A stretch of DNA of 63,894 bases, filler included, from Lenisia limosa (lineage: Eukaryota > Protista > Breviatea): NCBI GenBank assembly GCA_001655205.1. It is 8 parts of 8 records of this genome, joined end to end, with 100 filler letters (N's around TTAATTAATTAA, not from the genome) between each part and the next. Parts side by side here need not be neighbours in the genome. Positions count along the whole stretch, not along the records: positions 35,856 to 51,939 come from LPNZ01009090.1; positions 52,040 to 58,705 come from LPNZ01002913.1; 6 more parts are not named here. One strand, written 5' to 3'. The notes under the pieces were generated by a model. That model was not told the DNA's origin. It saw only the letters and a program-made list of their open reading frames with translations, and searched no databases. A program made the position numbers and the translations under genes. Positions 38,801-52,169 of the stretch are shown in pieces; position 1 is the first letter of the stretch; each line of letters opens with the position of its first letter.

Positions 38801-41146
38801 NNNNNNNNNNNNTTGGTCTAAACTAGTTATACTCCGTTACTATTTCGCAAAAACAAAACACCAAGAGCAAAATAGAAAAGATACCAAAAAATGAAAGATT
38901 CTTGGTTCTAGTGACATGCTTGGGAGAAAAGGGGAGTGTATTTCATCCGATTGTCCTACCCTTTCTCCTTGCCAGTGCCTCGATCTCCGCATCCATCTCC
39001 TGCTCTCTTTTCTCGGCGTCACTATCGCTGTCTTGTGATTCGTCTAAACAGAAGATTAATTGTAATCTCACAAAAATATGAAAGTATTGCGCGCGCGTAT
39101 TAGAGTGTAGGAAAAAATAATATAAAATTTCACACGTGGGAAAATGATCCAAAAAGTGAAAATATGAGAATCACTTCACACTTTCTCTATCATGTCTCCC
39201 CGGTCTCCGATTCGATTCTCTCCGTGGTTGTGTGGGGTGGAGATATTCGTCAATCTGCCGGTTGTCTATTTCGGCTCTTGTCAGCACGGTCAACTATAAT
39301 CTTATTGAGGTATCGATGGTATGCGGATAGTTACTAAGTCTCAGAGTTAGTCCACTTTGAAACCAATAAAAATCCGCCTATAACACCTCAATATTACTAA
39401 ACCAACCGTTTGTGCTGCGTCAACTGAGAGGTTCCTCGCAACTGCCTTGATCTAAAGAGGGCAATAAATAAGCCATATTGAACTATACAAGTCGCTTCTT
39501 GTCTAATTCAATCAGCAAAAAGTAAATCGTTTGATTCTATCAAAAATATGATACGAATACGTAATATGTGTACGGGATAAGCATAAAAACATTTTTTTTT
39601 GTGATAACTCATTTCCTCACTTACTTCGGATTTGTTTGAAGAGTACGCCATGACCTTAGCCTTTTGAACCCTAAAAAGTTAAATCAAAGAATACAGTTTG
39701 TGAAAACAAGCATAACTTTATTGTTTTACTTTTTGTAAGAATTAAGTGCTGTATCCATCGCCATTATCGAATCATCCCTTTTACCCACCTCTTCAACACG
39801 ACCATAGCCCTTTCAAGGTCAGTAGCAAGGTTGTCAATAGCTTTGGCTACTGGCTGTGACAGAATATACATCTCCAGCTTTTCGGAGAAATTGTTAACTA
39901 GGCCCTATGTTTGTTATTTTGAGAAGAAAACGTATCATCAATCTTTGTCTCATTGTATATAACCTCCACCTTCCCCTAACACTGGCCTCTTCAACCCGCT
40001 TCTCAAGGTCTTCCCCATGTGGCTTGCCTAGTTTGGCCTTTACAGAGGCAACCAATTGCAATGCCTGGATGTAAAAAAGATTGTATTCACATGAAATATA
40101 TGATTGATAATGTCAAGATATACAGTTTTCCCGAAAAAACAATTCATAAAAAAACAATGTCATTTGACCAATCGGTCAACTCACAATTAGGTCCCCCGAC
40201 TGACATAACCGATAGCCGAGGTATGTATCGATTGGTCTCGAACTAGTCATATATCACACAGCATTGCACCATAACATTGAAATACGATAAAGTTCATGCA
40301 CTCACCATCGGAGCGTTGAGCTTGCAGGACTTCAGCCGATCGAGAGCCACAGCCCGAGGCAAGGGTGTCGGCTAAAGTTGTGAGAGGAGTGTTATAGATG
40401 TGAGGGGAAGGGAAGGGGGGTTAATTCGTTACGTGTTAACACATGATTCATTGGTATCCACAACCCTCACCTCTCTCACTGCTGTCACTGGTGCGGACCG
40501 AGTTGACGCACTGAATAGGTAAAAGGCATGTAAGCTGACCAAGATATGACCAGCGTTCAGCGCAATTACACATTCAATTTTAAGTTGGAAGGGGATCAAC
40601 ATATAACAATGATAACGGTACAATGATGAAGTATTAAAAAAAAGAACAAAATAGGTCAATACATTGCATTTCATTACACTATTTCCGGAAGAGATCATGT
40701 GGCTACAATTGTTGCTTCCATTAAACTACCCTGAAACTAAACATACCCACCGAGAAGGCATTGCGGGAGTGGTTTCTGAAAACTGTGGCGGACCATCTCT
40801 CCTTGAAGATGGGGGTGGGGAAGTAACTGACGATCTCCGTTGAGGAGGGATCGGGAGCGATGGTCTGGGGGATGGCGATGTCGCCGATAATGGCGTCCTT
40901 TCAGATGTAGACATATGTTAAGAATGGACAATACACAAGAGGAGATGTAGGAAACGGTTACATTACGTTTTCGAGGTGTTTTGCGCTCTTCTTTGTTGTT
41001 TCTTATAAAGCTTTAGTGTCGTCCGCTTGTCGTCTGATTAGTGGAGATGAAAAACCCGGGAAGAACAGGGAAAAAAAAAAACGGCTTTTGAAGAAAAGTG
41101 GGGGTACGGCGTCAGACAAACTAGAATCCATTGTCAATTCTGGCAT
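35856..41146 (-). CDS. Sel1-like repeat protein (3'-truncated)
   Basis: Exons YLYGHMMTKSTELALQRYSQA, YAPAMTMIGLVSLKAIGIPCDVPLAVK, LTEACRRQDSNAMFLLG, GASLLERASASGNVEAKTTLG and GHGVDKDFVRAKHLFAQASRQGNPRAMHLLG are Sel1 repeats. Pro/Ser-rich N-terminus. ATG at 41146 or 41131. Confidence 0.75.
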
Positions 41147-41282
41147 ACGTTTGTTTTAGTGAAACTGGCCAGTTATTTGAAGATTTGAAGATGCTAACCA
41201 CCCATAAAAAGAAAACAAAATCCATTGACCCAAAACATAGAACTAGAAACATAGATGTGATGGCGCAGTTTACCGGGGGTTT

Positions 41283-44200
41283 TTAATGTGGCATCATGAA
41301 GGGAGGGACAAGAGGGGCCATTCCATGACTAAAATAATTAACCAGTTTTCTTATCCGTGGGGGATAAACAAAAGAAGCTCCGATTTGACAAACCAAACCA
41401 GGTCACATACCTAGTAGGGGGGATGTTCATGCCGAAGCTGGGCAGTGGTTGATAGGCACCCGGGTCAACCTCGGGAGTTCTCTCCTTGCGTGCAGCAAGT
41501 TCTAGAGGTGACACTCTCGGAGGTGTAGAGGAGTTGCTCCGAGCCTACATGTTTAAAGAAATGTGGATATCTGTTTTTGCTCCATTCTATTTAATACAGC
41601 ATCATAATGAAATACAAATCATTCTTTCGGTGGTGTGAAGCTATTATGGAGGAGGAATACAAAACAACAATAGTAAAAAAACTGACTTGTTCAAAAGGAG
41701 AAAGGGTAGGGGCCGGAAGAGGAGCAGGGATGGCGGCAGGCAGAGTTGCATAGCGTTGGAATGGTGAAATTGGCGCGGACGTCTCAACCTTACGTGCAGG
41801 AACAATAGGGATGTTGTTGAGAAGAGAATCGAGACTCTGGTGGCTCTGGACTGACGCTGCTGTTGGTAACGGGGCTAAACTGGAAAGCGAAGCCGACGGG
41901 AATGGCTCGGATGATTCGTCGGAAGACCATGTCGGTAGCGGCGATACGTCACTCTTCTTTTGCTGGGCCTCTTGTTTTTTCATGCGCATTGCCTCCAATT
42001 GTTTAAGTCCACCTAACGACAGTTTGGCATCCCTTCTCTTGATTTCCTCCTCTTTCTTTTGCTGAATTGCCAGAGCTTTTGCTTCTTCAAGCTGCTTTTT
42101 TTTCTCAGCTCTTAAGATAGCTGCTTGCCTCATTTGTTCTGCAGCTTGCTCTGCCGCTTTCTTTATTGCAATAGCTTCTTCTTCCTTCCTTCTTTGTAAT
42201 TCTTCTGCTTCTCGCACCTTCCGTTCTTCTTCTTCAACCTTTTTATTTGCCTCTTCAATTCTGGCTTCTTCTTCTCTAACCTTCTTCTTTTCATCTTCTT
42301 CGATTTGTTTTAGTTTATCCTCTTCAATTTGTCTCAATTCTTCCTCTTCCTTCAGCTTCCTTTCTTCCAACTTCTTCTTCCGCTTCTCTATCTTCTTGAT
42401 TTTCTTTTCTTCTTCCTTTTGTTTCTTCATTTCTTCCTCTTCAGCCTTTTTCCTTGCTTCTTCCTGTTGCGTTTCTCGTTCTTCCTTTTCTTTCTTTAAC
42501 CTGAACTCCTCCTTCTTCCTCCTCTTCTCGGCTCTTCTCTTCTCTATTTCTTCTTCTTCCTTCTTCTTTTTCTCCTTTTCCTTAACCTTTTTATTCATCT
42601 CCTCCTCTTCCATTTTTCCATCGTCACTGTTCTTCATCTCTTCTTTCTTCTCTATTTCTTCTTCTTTCTTTTTGAGTGTGTTTGGTTCCTTCCCTTTAAT
42701 GGTTTCTTCTGCTAACTTTCTCAGTATCTCTCTTTGCTTCTTTTCCTTCATTTCTTCTTCCATCTTTATCTCCACTTCTTCAGCAAGCTCCCTTTCTTCT
42801 ACCTTTATTTGTATTGCTTCTTCCTTCTTTTTGAGTGTGTTTGGTTCCTTCCCTTTAATGGTTTCTTCTGCTAACTTTCTCAGCATCTCTCTTTGCTCCA
42901 TTTCCTTCATTTCTTCTTCCATTTTCTTGTTCATTGATTCCTTTCTTTCCTCTTCTGCCAATATTTTCTTCATTTCCTCATCTTTCCGAATTTTCAATTC
43001 TTCCTGATTCTTTCTTGTATTTTTTTCTTCCTCTTTCCTCTTCTTCAATTCATCTTCCTTCATTCTTTTTACAATCTCATCGTCTTCCTTCTTCCTCATT
43101 TCCTCTTCTTTCTTCTTAAATTGCTCTTCTTTCACCCTCATTTCCTTTTCTTTCTTCTTCTTGAATTCTTCTTCTTTCATCTTCTCCATCTCCTCCTCCT
43201 TCTTTACTTCTTTCTTCTCCATTTCATCTTTTTCCTTCTTCATTTCCTCTTCTTTCTTCATTTCCTTTTCTTTCTTCTTTTTTTCCTCTTCTTTCTTCTT
43301 CATCTCTTCTTCTTTCTTCTGTTCCATTTCCTCTTCTCTCTTCTTCTTCATTTCCTCTTCTTTCTTTTTCATCAATGCTTCTTCCTTCATCTTCTTCTCC
43401 TCTTCCTTCTTCATCTTTATTTCCTTTTCCTTAATCTTCTTCATCTCTTCTTCTTTCTTCTTTTCCATTCCCTCTTCTTTCTTTTTCCTCATTGCTTCTT
43501 CTTTCTTCTTCTTCATCTCTTCTTCTTCCTTCTTTCCTATTTCCTCTTCTTTCAACTTCATTTCCTCTTCTTTCTTTTTCCTCAACGCTTCTTCTTTCAT
43601 CTTCTTCTCCTCGTCCTTCTTCATCTTTATTTCCTTTTCCATATTCTTCTTCATCTCTTCTTGTTTCTTCTTTTCCATTTCCTCTTGTTTCTTCTTCTTA
43701 ATTTCCTCTTTCTTTTTCCTCATTGCCTCTTCTTTCTTCATCTTCATCTCTTCCTCTTTCATCTTTTTAATTTCCTCTTCTTTCTTTTTCTTAATTGCTG
43801 CTTCTTCTTCTTCTTTCTTTTTCATTACTTCTCTCCGTTTCTTATTGTCTTCTTTCCCCTTTCTCGTTTCCTCTTCCTGCTTCTTCTGAACTTCTTCATC
43901 ATCTGACTTTTTCAACTGCTCCTGATTTATCATCCCCTCCTCAATATCACCCGAATAACTGAATATCACGTTTTGAGAAACGGTCATATCCGGTGGCGGA
44001 GACGATACAGCTGGCACTGAGCTGATGGGGGGTGTGGGGGTGAACAGCCTTGATGGGATCAGCGACGGAACAAGAGATGGCGGCGGCGACATGGAGTGGT
44101 CAAACTGAGGAACTTCATTGACGCCTGCTGCCAACTTCTTGAAGAGATTATCCATTCCATGCCCTTTGGAACTCATACTCAGCACATCAGCCCCCTCAAC

Positions 44201-47200
44201 AATAGGGGTTGCTCTGATCTTTTCGGGTGACAAGAGGCCAGCTGGAAGGGGCTGTGCTAGAGGCATAGAGTGAGTGGCGATGAGGGGGGATGGTGTGCGT
44301 GCTGGGGGTGACTGGGGCTCCATACTGGGTGAAATAGCATCCTTGGAGATACGGGAGAACAGGGAGTCTTCAGTTAGCACAGGGCTAGCAGGGCGTCTTT
44401 CGCGGTCGAAGGGAGAAAGGGCAATGGATGGGCCAAAGAAAGATTCCATTGTGTTTGGCATTTCTGCTCCAATTACAGACACTTGCTTAGTCGGTAGACA
44501 TATGTTGATGTCGGTAAGCAGACCGCTCAGATCCTGTCCAGAGGATTTGGCGTTTGATTGCTGCTCGACCTCGGCTTGATTGAAGATGTTCAAAGCAGAG
44601 GGGAGAATCCCGGTGGAGGGCTTGTCTTCATCACTTTCGCTGGACTCTGAATCAGAAGTATCAGAAGCAGCGGAAGATGAACTGTCGACATCAGACTCGA
44701 AGCTGTCAGAATACTCGCTATCTGATGAAGAGGCTAATGTCACGTCAGAGATTGCGGAACTGTCAGCTGATGGCTTCTCTTCGTCACTCTCGGCTCGGAT
44801 ATCATTTGATTCAACTGGGGCAGGGGCAGCAGAATACGCCTTTTTACGTGAGCGTTGACGCCTGCTTTGTTTGATATTCGTTGGCTAAAAACCGTGAGGA
44901 ACAGGAAGCAGAAGTTCAAAAAGGCAAAGAAAGTTATACTGTAATTTCTTGTTATATATGAGATAGAGCAATAATCAAAGAGGCAAAAATGCAGAATTTG
45001 CGGAAATATGATACTAATTAAACTAAAAATCGCCAGGACGGATAAAAACAGAAATCCCACTTACAGAAGCCAATTGCTTGACCTCCACAATAGGCTCATC
45101 AATAAGAACATACGAGGGCTGGAGTTTGTTGTCTGGGGACAAAGGGAGGGGGAGGAGCGAACTTGCTTTTTTGATTAAAGCATCGCGACGGTGGAGATTG
45201 TGTTCAACCCAATTGCGAAGTTTGCTAAATTAAAATTAGGGTACACTTAAATTCTGCTTTAAAGATGAATAAAATTCGACACTGCGGTTCAGTAGGATCA
45301 TCTGACAGTATGTTGTATGATACGAAAAACGCAACGACCAATAAGGAAATTGTTTCACATAATCTCTTACCAACTCCCCCCTTACTCTGCAAAGGGAAGA
45401 ACTTGGTAGTAGGTACTGCGAATCTTAGAGTCCTAAGTTATTAGATTATAGCAATGAGATAATAGGCGACTCAACCTGCCTTAATACAAGAAATATTTTT
45501 AATTATTATTTATTTTTACTGAGTGGAAATTGTATACGATCATAAACAATATTCAAATACATCCATGAATAGCACAATGAGATACATATATATGTATGTA
45601 CAGTATGTACATTGCACAAATAATAAATATAATATACCACATTGTATGAGCTCATATTTCAAGAAAAGGAGGTGAGTGATTGCAAAAGAAAAAGTCAAAG
45701 TCTGCTTACGTGACAGGAGGCCCCAGGAAGGTCCTTGATATACGCCCATTCGATTTTGGAGATTTCCTTCCGGGTATGGGTCTTGAAGCATGCGGTATGG
45801 GGGTCAATTCCAGCCAAGATGAAGAGACGTGACCGATTACTGTCAGTACGATCTATGGAGTGAGTAAAAAGATGAATTTGATACATTCATTAAATGACCA
45901 AGAAGAACCTTTAACATTTCGGACAAACGGTCAGTCCAGCATACCAACAAGACAGTCATTGGTATTTATAAGACCTGTAACGTTGAATCCAATTTCTTCT
46001 TGAACCTGAAGTCTGATAAAAATTCACATTTAATTCCCATTTCATACACTATACTATCCATATGATTCAATAGAACTTCACATCTGATACATGTCGTTTA
46101 GAACCGGAATTAAAGCCCTAATTATTCCTTTTTTCCCGTTCATTTCCAGAATGCTAAGATATGGTAGTATATTAGTAAAGAAAAATACCCCATTATTCTA
46201 CCCTGTTATGTTGCATGAAATGTCAAATACCTTCACCCTCAAACTTCACGAACAGCACATTCGAGGTCTGTTTCTCCAAAATCAACCTTTCCTGGAGAAT
46301 GATGATAGAAGAAATGATTGGAGGTGAATTACCCACCCATCGAACACATACATTTCATCCCCAAAATAGTAGTAAAAATTATCAATATTTATCCAGATTA
46401 GTTTTCCATTTTGAGATTTTCTTGCCTGAAGGTCAATATCAATATTGACTCAAGGTANNNNNNNNNNNNNNNNNNNNNNNNNNNNNNNNNNNNNNNNNNN
46501 NNNNNNNNNNNNNNNNNNNNNNNNNNNNNNNNNNNNNNNNNNNNNNNNNNNNNNNNNNNNNNNNNNNNNNNNNNNNNNNNNNNNNNNNNNNNNNNNNNNN
46601 NNNNNNNNNNNNNNNNNNNNNNNCCCAACTCCCTCGGTTCGTCCATCCTTTCACGATCAAACACTACAATGATCACCATAATGTCAGGTTAAAGATTAAA
46701 TGAATATCCATAGAAAATGAGGAGAAATATAAAAAATAATACTTAATCAATAACAATCAAAAAAAGGCAACTTATTGCAGAAATTTACTACAAAAGCATT
46801 TCACTTCAAATGTATAATGATGGTTATTCAATGAAGCCAGCCAAATCAACCAACCTTATCCATCGAAGGTGATAGGAGAATCACCCCTGCCGTGTTGACC
46901 TTTGACTTGTAGTCCACAAACAGTGCGTAAATATCATCAATTTGTACAGCAAAGTGCTTCAAAGGTTTCACATTCGAAAACACTAGGAAATTATTATCAC
47001 AAACGCACTGGCGTAAGAAGGGCCTGAATCACATTTCGTGAGAAACCAATAAAAAAACAGGAATAAAAAAAGTATAGATGACCCTTATCAATATTCAGGT
47101 TCGTATCCAAACATTTTGCAGTGAATGCCTTCAGTGAAGCCAATGCAGGAAGAGTGGGGTTCTTCTCCCTCACAAAGTCCACGTAATACCAATGTGCCAG

Positions 47201-47487
47201 CTCAACTGGATTGGTCAAGTCATGAAGAGCAATGAAGATTACCTTATCTTGGAGAACCCTATTCAAAACAAACGAGTCCAGTAGAATCCAAAGATAAAGT
47301 ACCTGCCCTCCTAACCTTGAAAGAAAAGCCGCTCAAAAGAAGAAAGCTCTTCAGAAGGAGCATTGAGAATAAACCGCCTAAATAGAGTGAGTCAAACATA
47401 AACGGTTGGGGTTGGACCGTACACTGCAAGATCATCCAAAACGTCTTCTAGCGTTGCACAAGGGTTTTTACCCCTTTTTCGCGCCAT
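41283..47487 (-). CDS. DCP2: mRNA-decapping enzyme DCP2 with a very long acidic, K/E/M-rich and Pro-rich C-terminal extension
   Basis: Box A (LEDVLDDLA-SRFILNAP...FERLFFQVELAHWYYVDFVR), YKSKVNTAGVILL, a complete Nudix box GKVDFGETDLECAVRE|VQEEIGF, RLFILAGID...TRKEISKIEW and Box B YYQVLPF..KLRNW. In-frame splice into the ~3.2-kb exon (about 41687-44884), then two small exons to TAA at 41283-41285. Confidence 0.9.
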
Positions 47488-47786
47488 GGCAGCGGGTAGA
47501 GGTGAGCTCCCGTTCAGAGATACTCAAAACTGGCAACCAAGAAATTTAAAAGAAAAACCGTTTCTCCAATAGCTACAACTTTTTTAGTTTCTGCTCTTCA
47601 AGTTGTATTTCAAAGAGAATTTTGTTTTCCAAAATTTTGATTTTAAAGAGAGCCGGTGGCGCATGGGGCCGTAGCATTTAAGTTAATGGTTTTTTGAAAT
47701 TTTGCCAGAAACGACTGTCTAAAAGTATTGTAACACGCATATTATGATGATATCACCAAGATAACGGAGACAGAAGAGGGTTAGGA

Positions 47787-50700
47787 ATGTCAAATCCGTA
47801 TTTTTCAGGTGAAATAGGACGAGTTAGAAACTCCCTTGTTGCAGCACTTGGAGGAGAAGATGTCATTCTTTTGGAAAAGGCAATAGCGCGCTCCGAAGCT
47901 CTCGGATTGGACCGCACGGAACCTATTCTGAGTCTGCTTCTTTCTCCCAAACCTTCTCTACATCAATTCATTTTATTATTTTGTTGAAACATTGATATTC
48001 CCCCCACTTACTCCTGCAGGGGCCGCCTACGCACGACTAGCTCTGAGAAGGAAAACCAGCTCATTAATCTCATCTTCTGCAACATGCGCTATAAGTCGCA
48101 ATGTCTCCGAGCTCAACAAGGTAAATCACTCTTTTGACTTATTGAACACTATTCTAAAGGGTGCTTTGAAATGTGAACTTTGGATTACCTTCCCAACGTC
48201 AAGCATGTATTCCTGGATAGAAATCCTGACAGTTGACCTTCATGGCGTAGATAATGAAAGAGGCTCGACAATGTTTGTCGCAGGAACACACGGCCCTAAT
48301 TCAAAGCGCCATCATTAGCGTGACTGATGCCGAGAACCTGAGGTCACAGTGCAATGCTCTCCGTGAGGAAGTTCAGATCTTGAAGAAAGACGCGGAAGTC
48401 GATGCTGACGCATTCAAACACCTCCAAGGTTTGCTTAGAATGATGCCTACTCTGTTTTTACTAACATGTTTCAAACATTTGGAAATATTCGCTTTTTGTC
48501 AAGAATACTAACAAAAATTTGTTTTTTCAAACCCTTATTATAAAGATAAAACAGTATTATTGCTTGTTTTNNNNNNNNNNNNNNNNNNNNNNNNNNNNNN
48601 NNNNNNNNNNNNNNNNNNNNNNNNNNNNNNNNNNNNNNNNNNNNNNNNNNNNNNNNNNNNNNNNNNNNNNNNNNNNNNNNNNNNNNTCATCGAAATTTTG
48701 ATCTTTTTACTCCCCACCCCCCTCCAGAAGACCATCGAGCACTGTCTCGCGATAAGTCCAGGGTGGCCAGAACGCTACAGTCGCAAATTTCCAAACTAGA
48801 GTTCTTGGTATGTATGGTGTAGACCTGACCTTGACAGTTTACTTCTATTTCTTGGAGTGTAATGGTGTGGACGGCCTTGGAGATACTACCTAATTCTAAC
48901 TTCTTAACCAATTAGGAGGTGCTATTACTCTTTTACTTTTTATACCTCCTTTAAAACATTTTCTTACTTACGTAGCAAAATAATGACTCATTGCTCCATA
49001 TCGGCCGGGTGAGGGAACAGTCCCAGCGTCTCATTAACTCCCTCCAAGCCCGACTTGACGACCAGATAGAAGCCAACCGGTATGGGGTTTTGTTGATATT
49101 CTCATCAAACTTATTTCGTATCTTTCAAGTAACTCATTCTTTAGGATACTAATGAACCTTACAACCTTCATGATGCCTTTTGGTAAGAAATGCTTAGTGT
49201 TATTTCGGCACTGTTTTTGGAAAGAAATGCATATGATTTATGGGTAATTTTCCATAGTGCAAGTCGTATACTGTATTTAGTTGACAGTTTTCACACCCTC
49301 CCCCACAGTTGTCCCAGGTTCCCCAAGAAAACCCTTCCCCAACTTTTCCGCATTCACCTCCAAACCCCGTTCTGTCCACACCGCAGAAAAGAAATCGTCC
49401 CCCATTCCCCTCACCACGCCCCTCGCCCGGTCATCAGACTCACTTTTTTCGGGGTCATCCCCGTCAGAAAGTCCCATTGGTGTACTTAATAAAAAGGACG
49501 ATAGTTCCCCCTCCGATCCCCCTCATATTATTGGTGAGATATTATTTATTGTTGGATGTTTTTATTTAGTTTAATAGCGTATATACTTTATTCACGTGAT
49601 TCATATCACATGTTCTCACCAAACTAGCACCTGAAGTTTCCGATCAACTCTCCCCCCTGCCCGAGGCCCCTGCTCGGGTGTCTTCAAAGGGCCTCACATC
49701 CGACCAGGTAGGATGGGTATCTACCACATTAGTTGCACAGCTACTTTACTTTGGTATTCCATATTTGTCTAATATTGAGTGAATAGGTGGCTGTAATAGA
49801 ATAACCCTTACACTTTGAAAATATGGGGTACTTCACCTTTATTATTATAAAATTATTATTTGTTATTGGAAAATACCTCTGCAGACAAACACGCTGACAG
49901 CAATGCTGGACCTCTCAAAGAAAATGATGCAATCTTCTGCAGCAATGGTTNNNNNNNNNNNNNNNNNNNNNNNNNNNNNNNNNNNNNNNNNNNNNNNNNN
50001 NNNNNNNNNNNNNNNNNNNNNNNNNNNNNNNNNNNNNNNNNNNNNNNNNNNNNNNNNNNNAATTCTGTTTAAATCATGTGTTTATTGTCTAACCAACCTC
50101 AGAAGCGGACTCATCTGGACTTGCTATGGGAGGCGCAGGTAGCCTTGTTGCCGCGTCATGGCCGCTCCTACCCACCCCGGCCATATTCGGAGACCAGGCA
50201 GCGCTGGCGGCGGGATTATCTCAATCACCCGGGCCGTGTGGGTACAATTCCGCCTCCGGAGTTGGGGGTACGAAGGTTCCTGTCCAGACTCAGTCACCTA
50301 TCATCATGGTGTTACCGAATGTGGGAAGGGGTATTGTGATAATACGCTAACGCTCACTCTAGCTATATTGCGGGGGTTCTTTTCTTCTTGAATTCTAATC
50401 TGTTCCCCCTTCCCCACAACTTTTACTCCCCAGGCCGGCCTAGATGACCCCGGGTTAGTGCATTTCTTCGAGAGGCTCACCTTGGATCCCAAAAAGTTCT
50501 GCCCCCTTTTTTCCGCATTTGGTGAGCATATATACTGATACAAAGTGAACCTCTAATTCCCATTCACCCGTTTTTCATGATAAATGTTCTTTCTGCAGTT
50601 TATCACCATTTTTTTCAATTATGTTTTGCTGTTTTGCTTTTGCCTCGTATTTCCGCTCATATCTTATACATTCCATTTCCATTGACCCATCCCTCCAGGT

Positions 50701-51939
50701 CTTCACTATGAAGACATTTCGTCTCTCTCAGAAAAGGACCTCTTGGACATGGGAATCACGGACGATCAACAAAGAAAGGTATTAAGGGGCGGCATGCACT
50801 GCTGTATGGGTTTTTGTTTACAAGTATCAAGTCGGCGCGTTGGTTTGTTTGTTAGTCTCCTTATAACGATACACTTGACCTCAGATCATCGCAATACGCC
50901 TCTCACCATGCAATTAGATCATCTCGAGCGGTATTGGAAGATATCGAAGGATACAAGTCCCCTCATATGGCAACCCAAAGTACTTGCTCAAATCTGGTGG
51001 GAATGGCGGCAGAGGGGGGTATTGAGTTCTATTATAAGCAAATCGTGTTATGTTGTATCAAACTTGGCTTTCTTCTATTTTTATTTTATTTTATTTTTAT
51101 TTTATTTTTCGCCTTCGTTATCAATGTGTTTTTCACCCCACCCTCATTCCCTCACATTCACCACTTAGGATGGCTCTGGAAACTGGGAGGATCCCCTGAG
51201 GTGTGGAAGAGGCGCTATTTCGTGTTCACCGCTGATCTTAACCTCAAATTCTTCAGCAGTCAGGATTGCGGAAGGGAAAAGGTTGGTATTGGTGCAGGGT
51301 AGATCCTCTTACAGGGTGGTTAGATGGGAATGGACCTGATGGGATAGTATTTCTCCAATGTTACGTGGTAGGTACCAATCAGACGTTTTAAGGAATGGAA
51401 TATGAATTTGCTTTTTTGTGGATTATACTTTGGGCTTCATGTTGATTAAACGTGGATTGTACTTTGGGCTTCATGTTGATTAAACGTGGATTGTACTTTG
51501 GGCTTCATGTTGATTAAACAGTGTATTTGGAGGGACGATTACAGGATGTTAACTCACGATCTTCAAACTCCAAGTGAAACCTAATCTTCTCTGATTCACT
51601 TCAAAAAACATAGCTTGAACCTGGCTGACAACTTAGGGTGTAGTTGACCTCACGTCCATTACTTCCATTTCTGAATGCGACGACCCTGTGGTTGGCCTAT
51701 TTTGCTACCTCTAATACAATGATGTTCTTTTGTTAGCCATGCTGTTTTATACGATATCTTATTAGAGTTTTATTGCTAGACATTTGGACTATATCTCATG
51801 TAGTATTGTTGTTAGTATAACTTTATAGCGCCTGAGACAGAGCTGTTTCGTTCTGAAGAGCCCTCAACGAAGCTACGTCTTCTCTGCGCAGTCTAAAGTG
51901 GGTCTGTAATAACACAATTAAAATCCTCTGAAGTGCGTT
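47787..51939 (+). CDS. Coiled-coil + SAM + PH domain protein (3'-truncated)
   Basis: SAM-like LHYEDISSLSEKDLLDMGITDDQQRK; PH domain GWLWKLGGSPEVWKRRYFVFTADLNLKFF, GVVDL and CFVLKSPQRSYVFSAQSK; coiled-coil exon LRSQCNALREEVQILKK. Confidence 0.8.
51418..51519 (+). repeat. 34-bp minisatellite x3 (intronic)
   Basis: gtggatt(a/g)tactttgggcttcatgttgattaaac three times head-to-tail. Confidence 0.9.
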
Positions 51940-52039
51940 NNNNNNNNNNNNNNNNNNNNNNNNNNNNNNNNNNNNNNNNNNNNTTAATTAATTAANNNNN
52001 NNNNNNNNNNNNNNNNNNNNNNNNNNNNNNNNNNNNNNN

Positions 52040-52095
52040 GATCCCAGTGCCTCTCGCATGCTAAGCGAGCGCTCTACCACTTGAGCTACATCCCC
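52040..52095 (-). tRNA. tRNA-Ala(AGC): tRNA-Ala(AGC), 3' part cut by the scaffold spacer
   Basis: Reverse complement GGGGATGTAGCTCAAGTGGTAGAGCGCTCGCTTAGCATGCGAGAGGCACTGGGATC: acceptor stem start, D-arm with A-box, anticodon stem-loop CTCGC-TTAGCAT-GCGAG, and the start of the T-arm. Confidence 0.92.
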
Positions 52096-52169
52096 GACAG
52101 AAACTAGTGAACAAGATTGAAAGCGAATAGTAGTTTTTTTCCGTAATAAATATTCCCCTAGTTTCACTC

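Noticed and set aside
45133-45166. A GC-AG intron (GCAAGT donor) in DCP2
   Set aside because: The frame is only kept with the GT donor 4 nt downstream, giving a canonical 30-nt GT-AG intron.
35856-47487. A single DCP2-coiled-coil-Sel1 fusion gene
   Set aside because: In-frame splicing from the large exon reaches ...PFMMPH-TAA at 41283-41285. An alternative exon at about 41150-41195 also leads to a stop. The Sel1 gene has its own plausible ATG at 41146 or 41131.
51418-51519. CRISPR-like array (34-bp repeats; also the 26-bp units at 61032-61161)
   Set aside because: Repeats are head-to-tail without unique spacers, intronic or non-coding, in a eukaryotic context with no cas genes.
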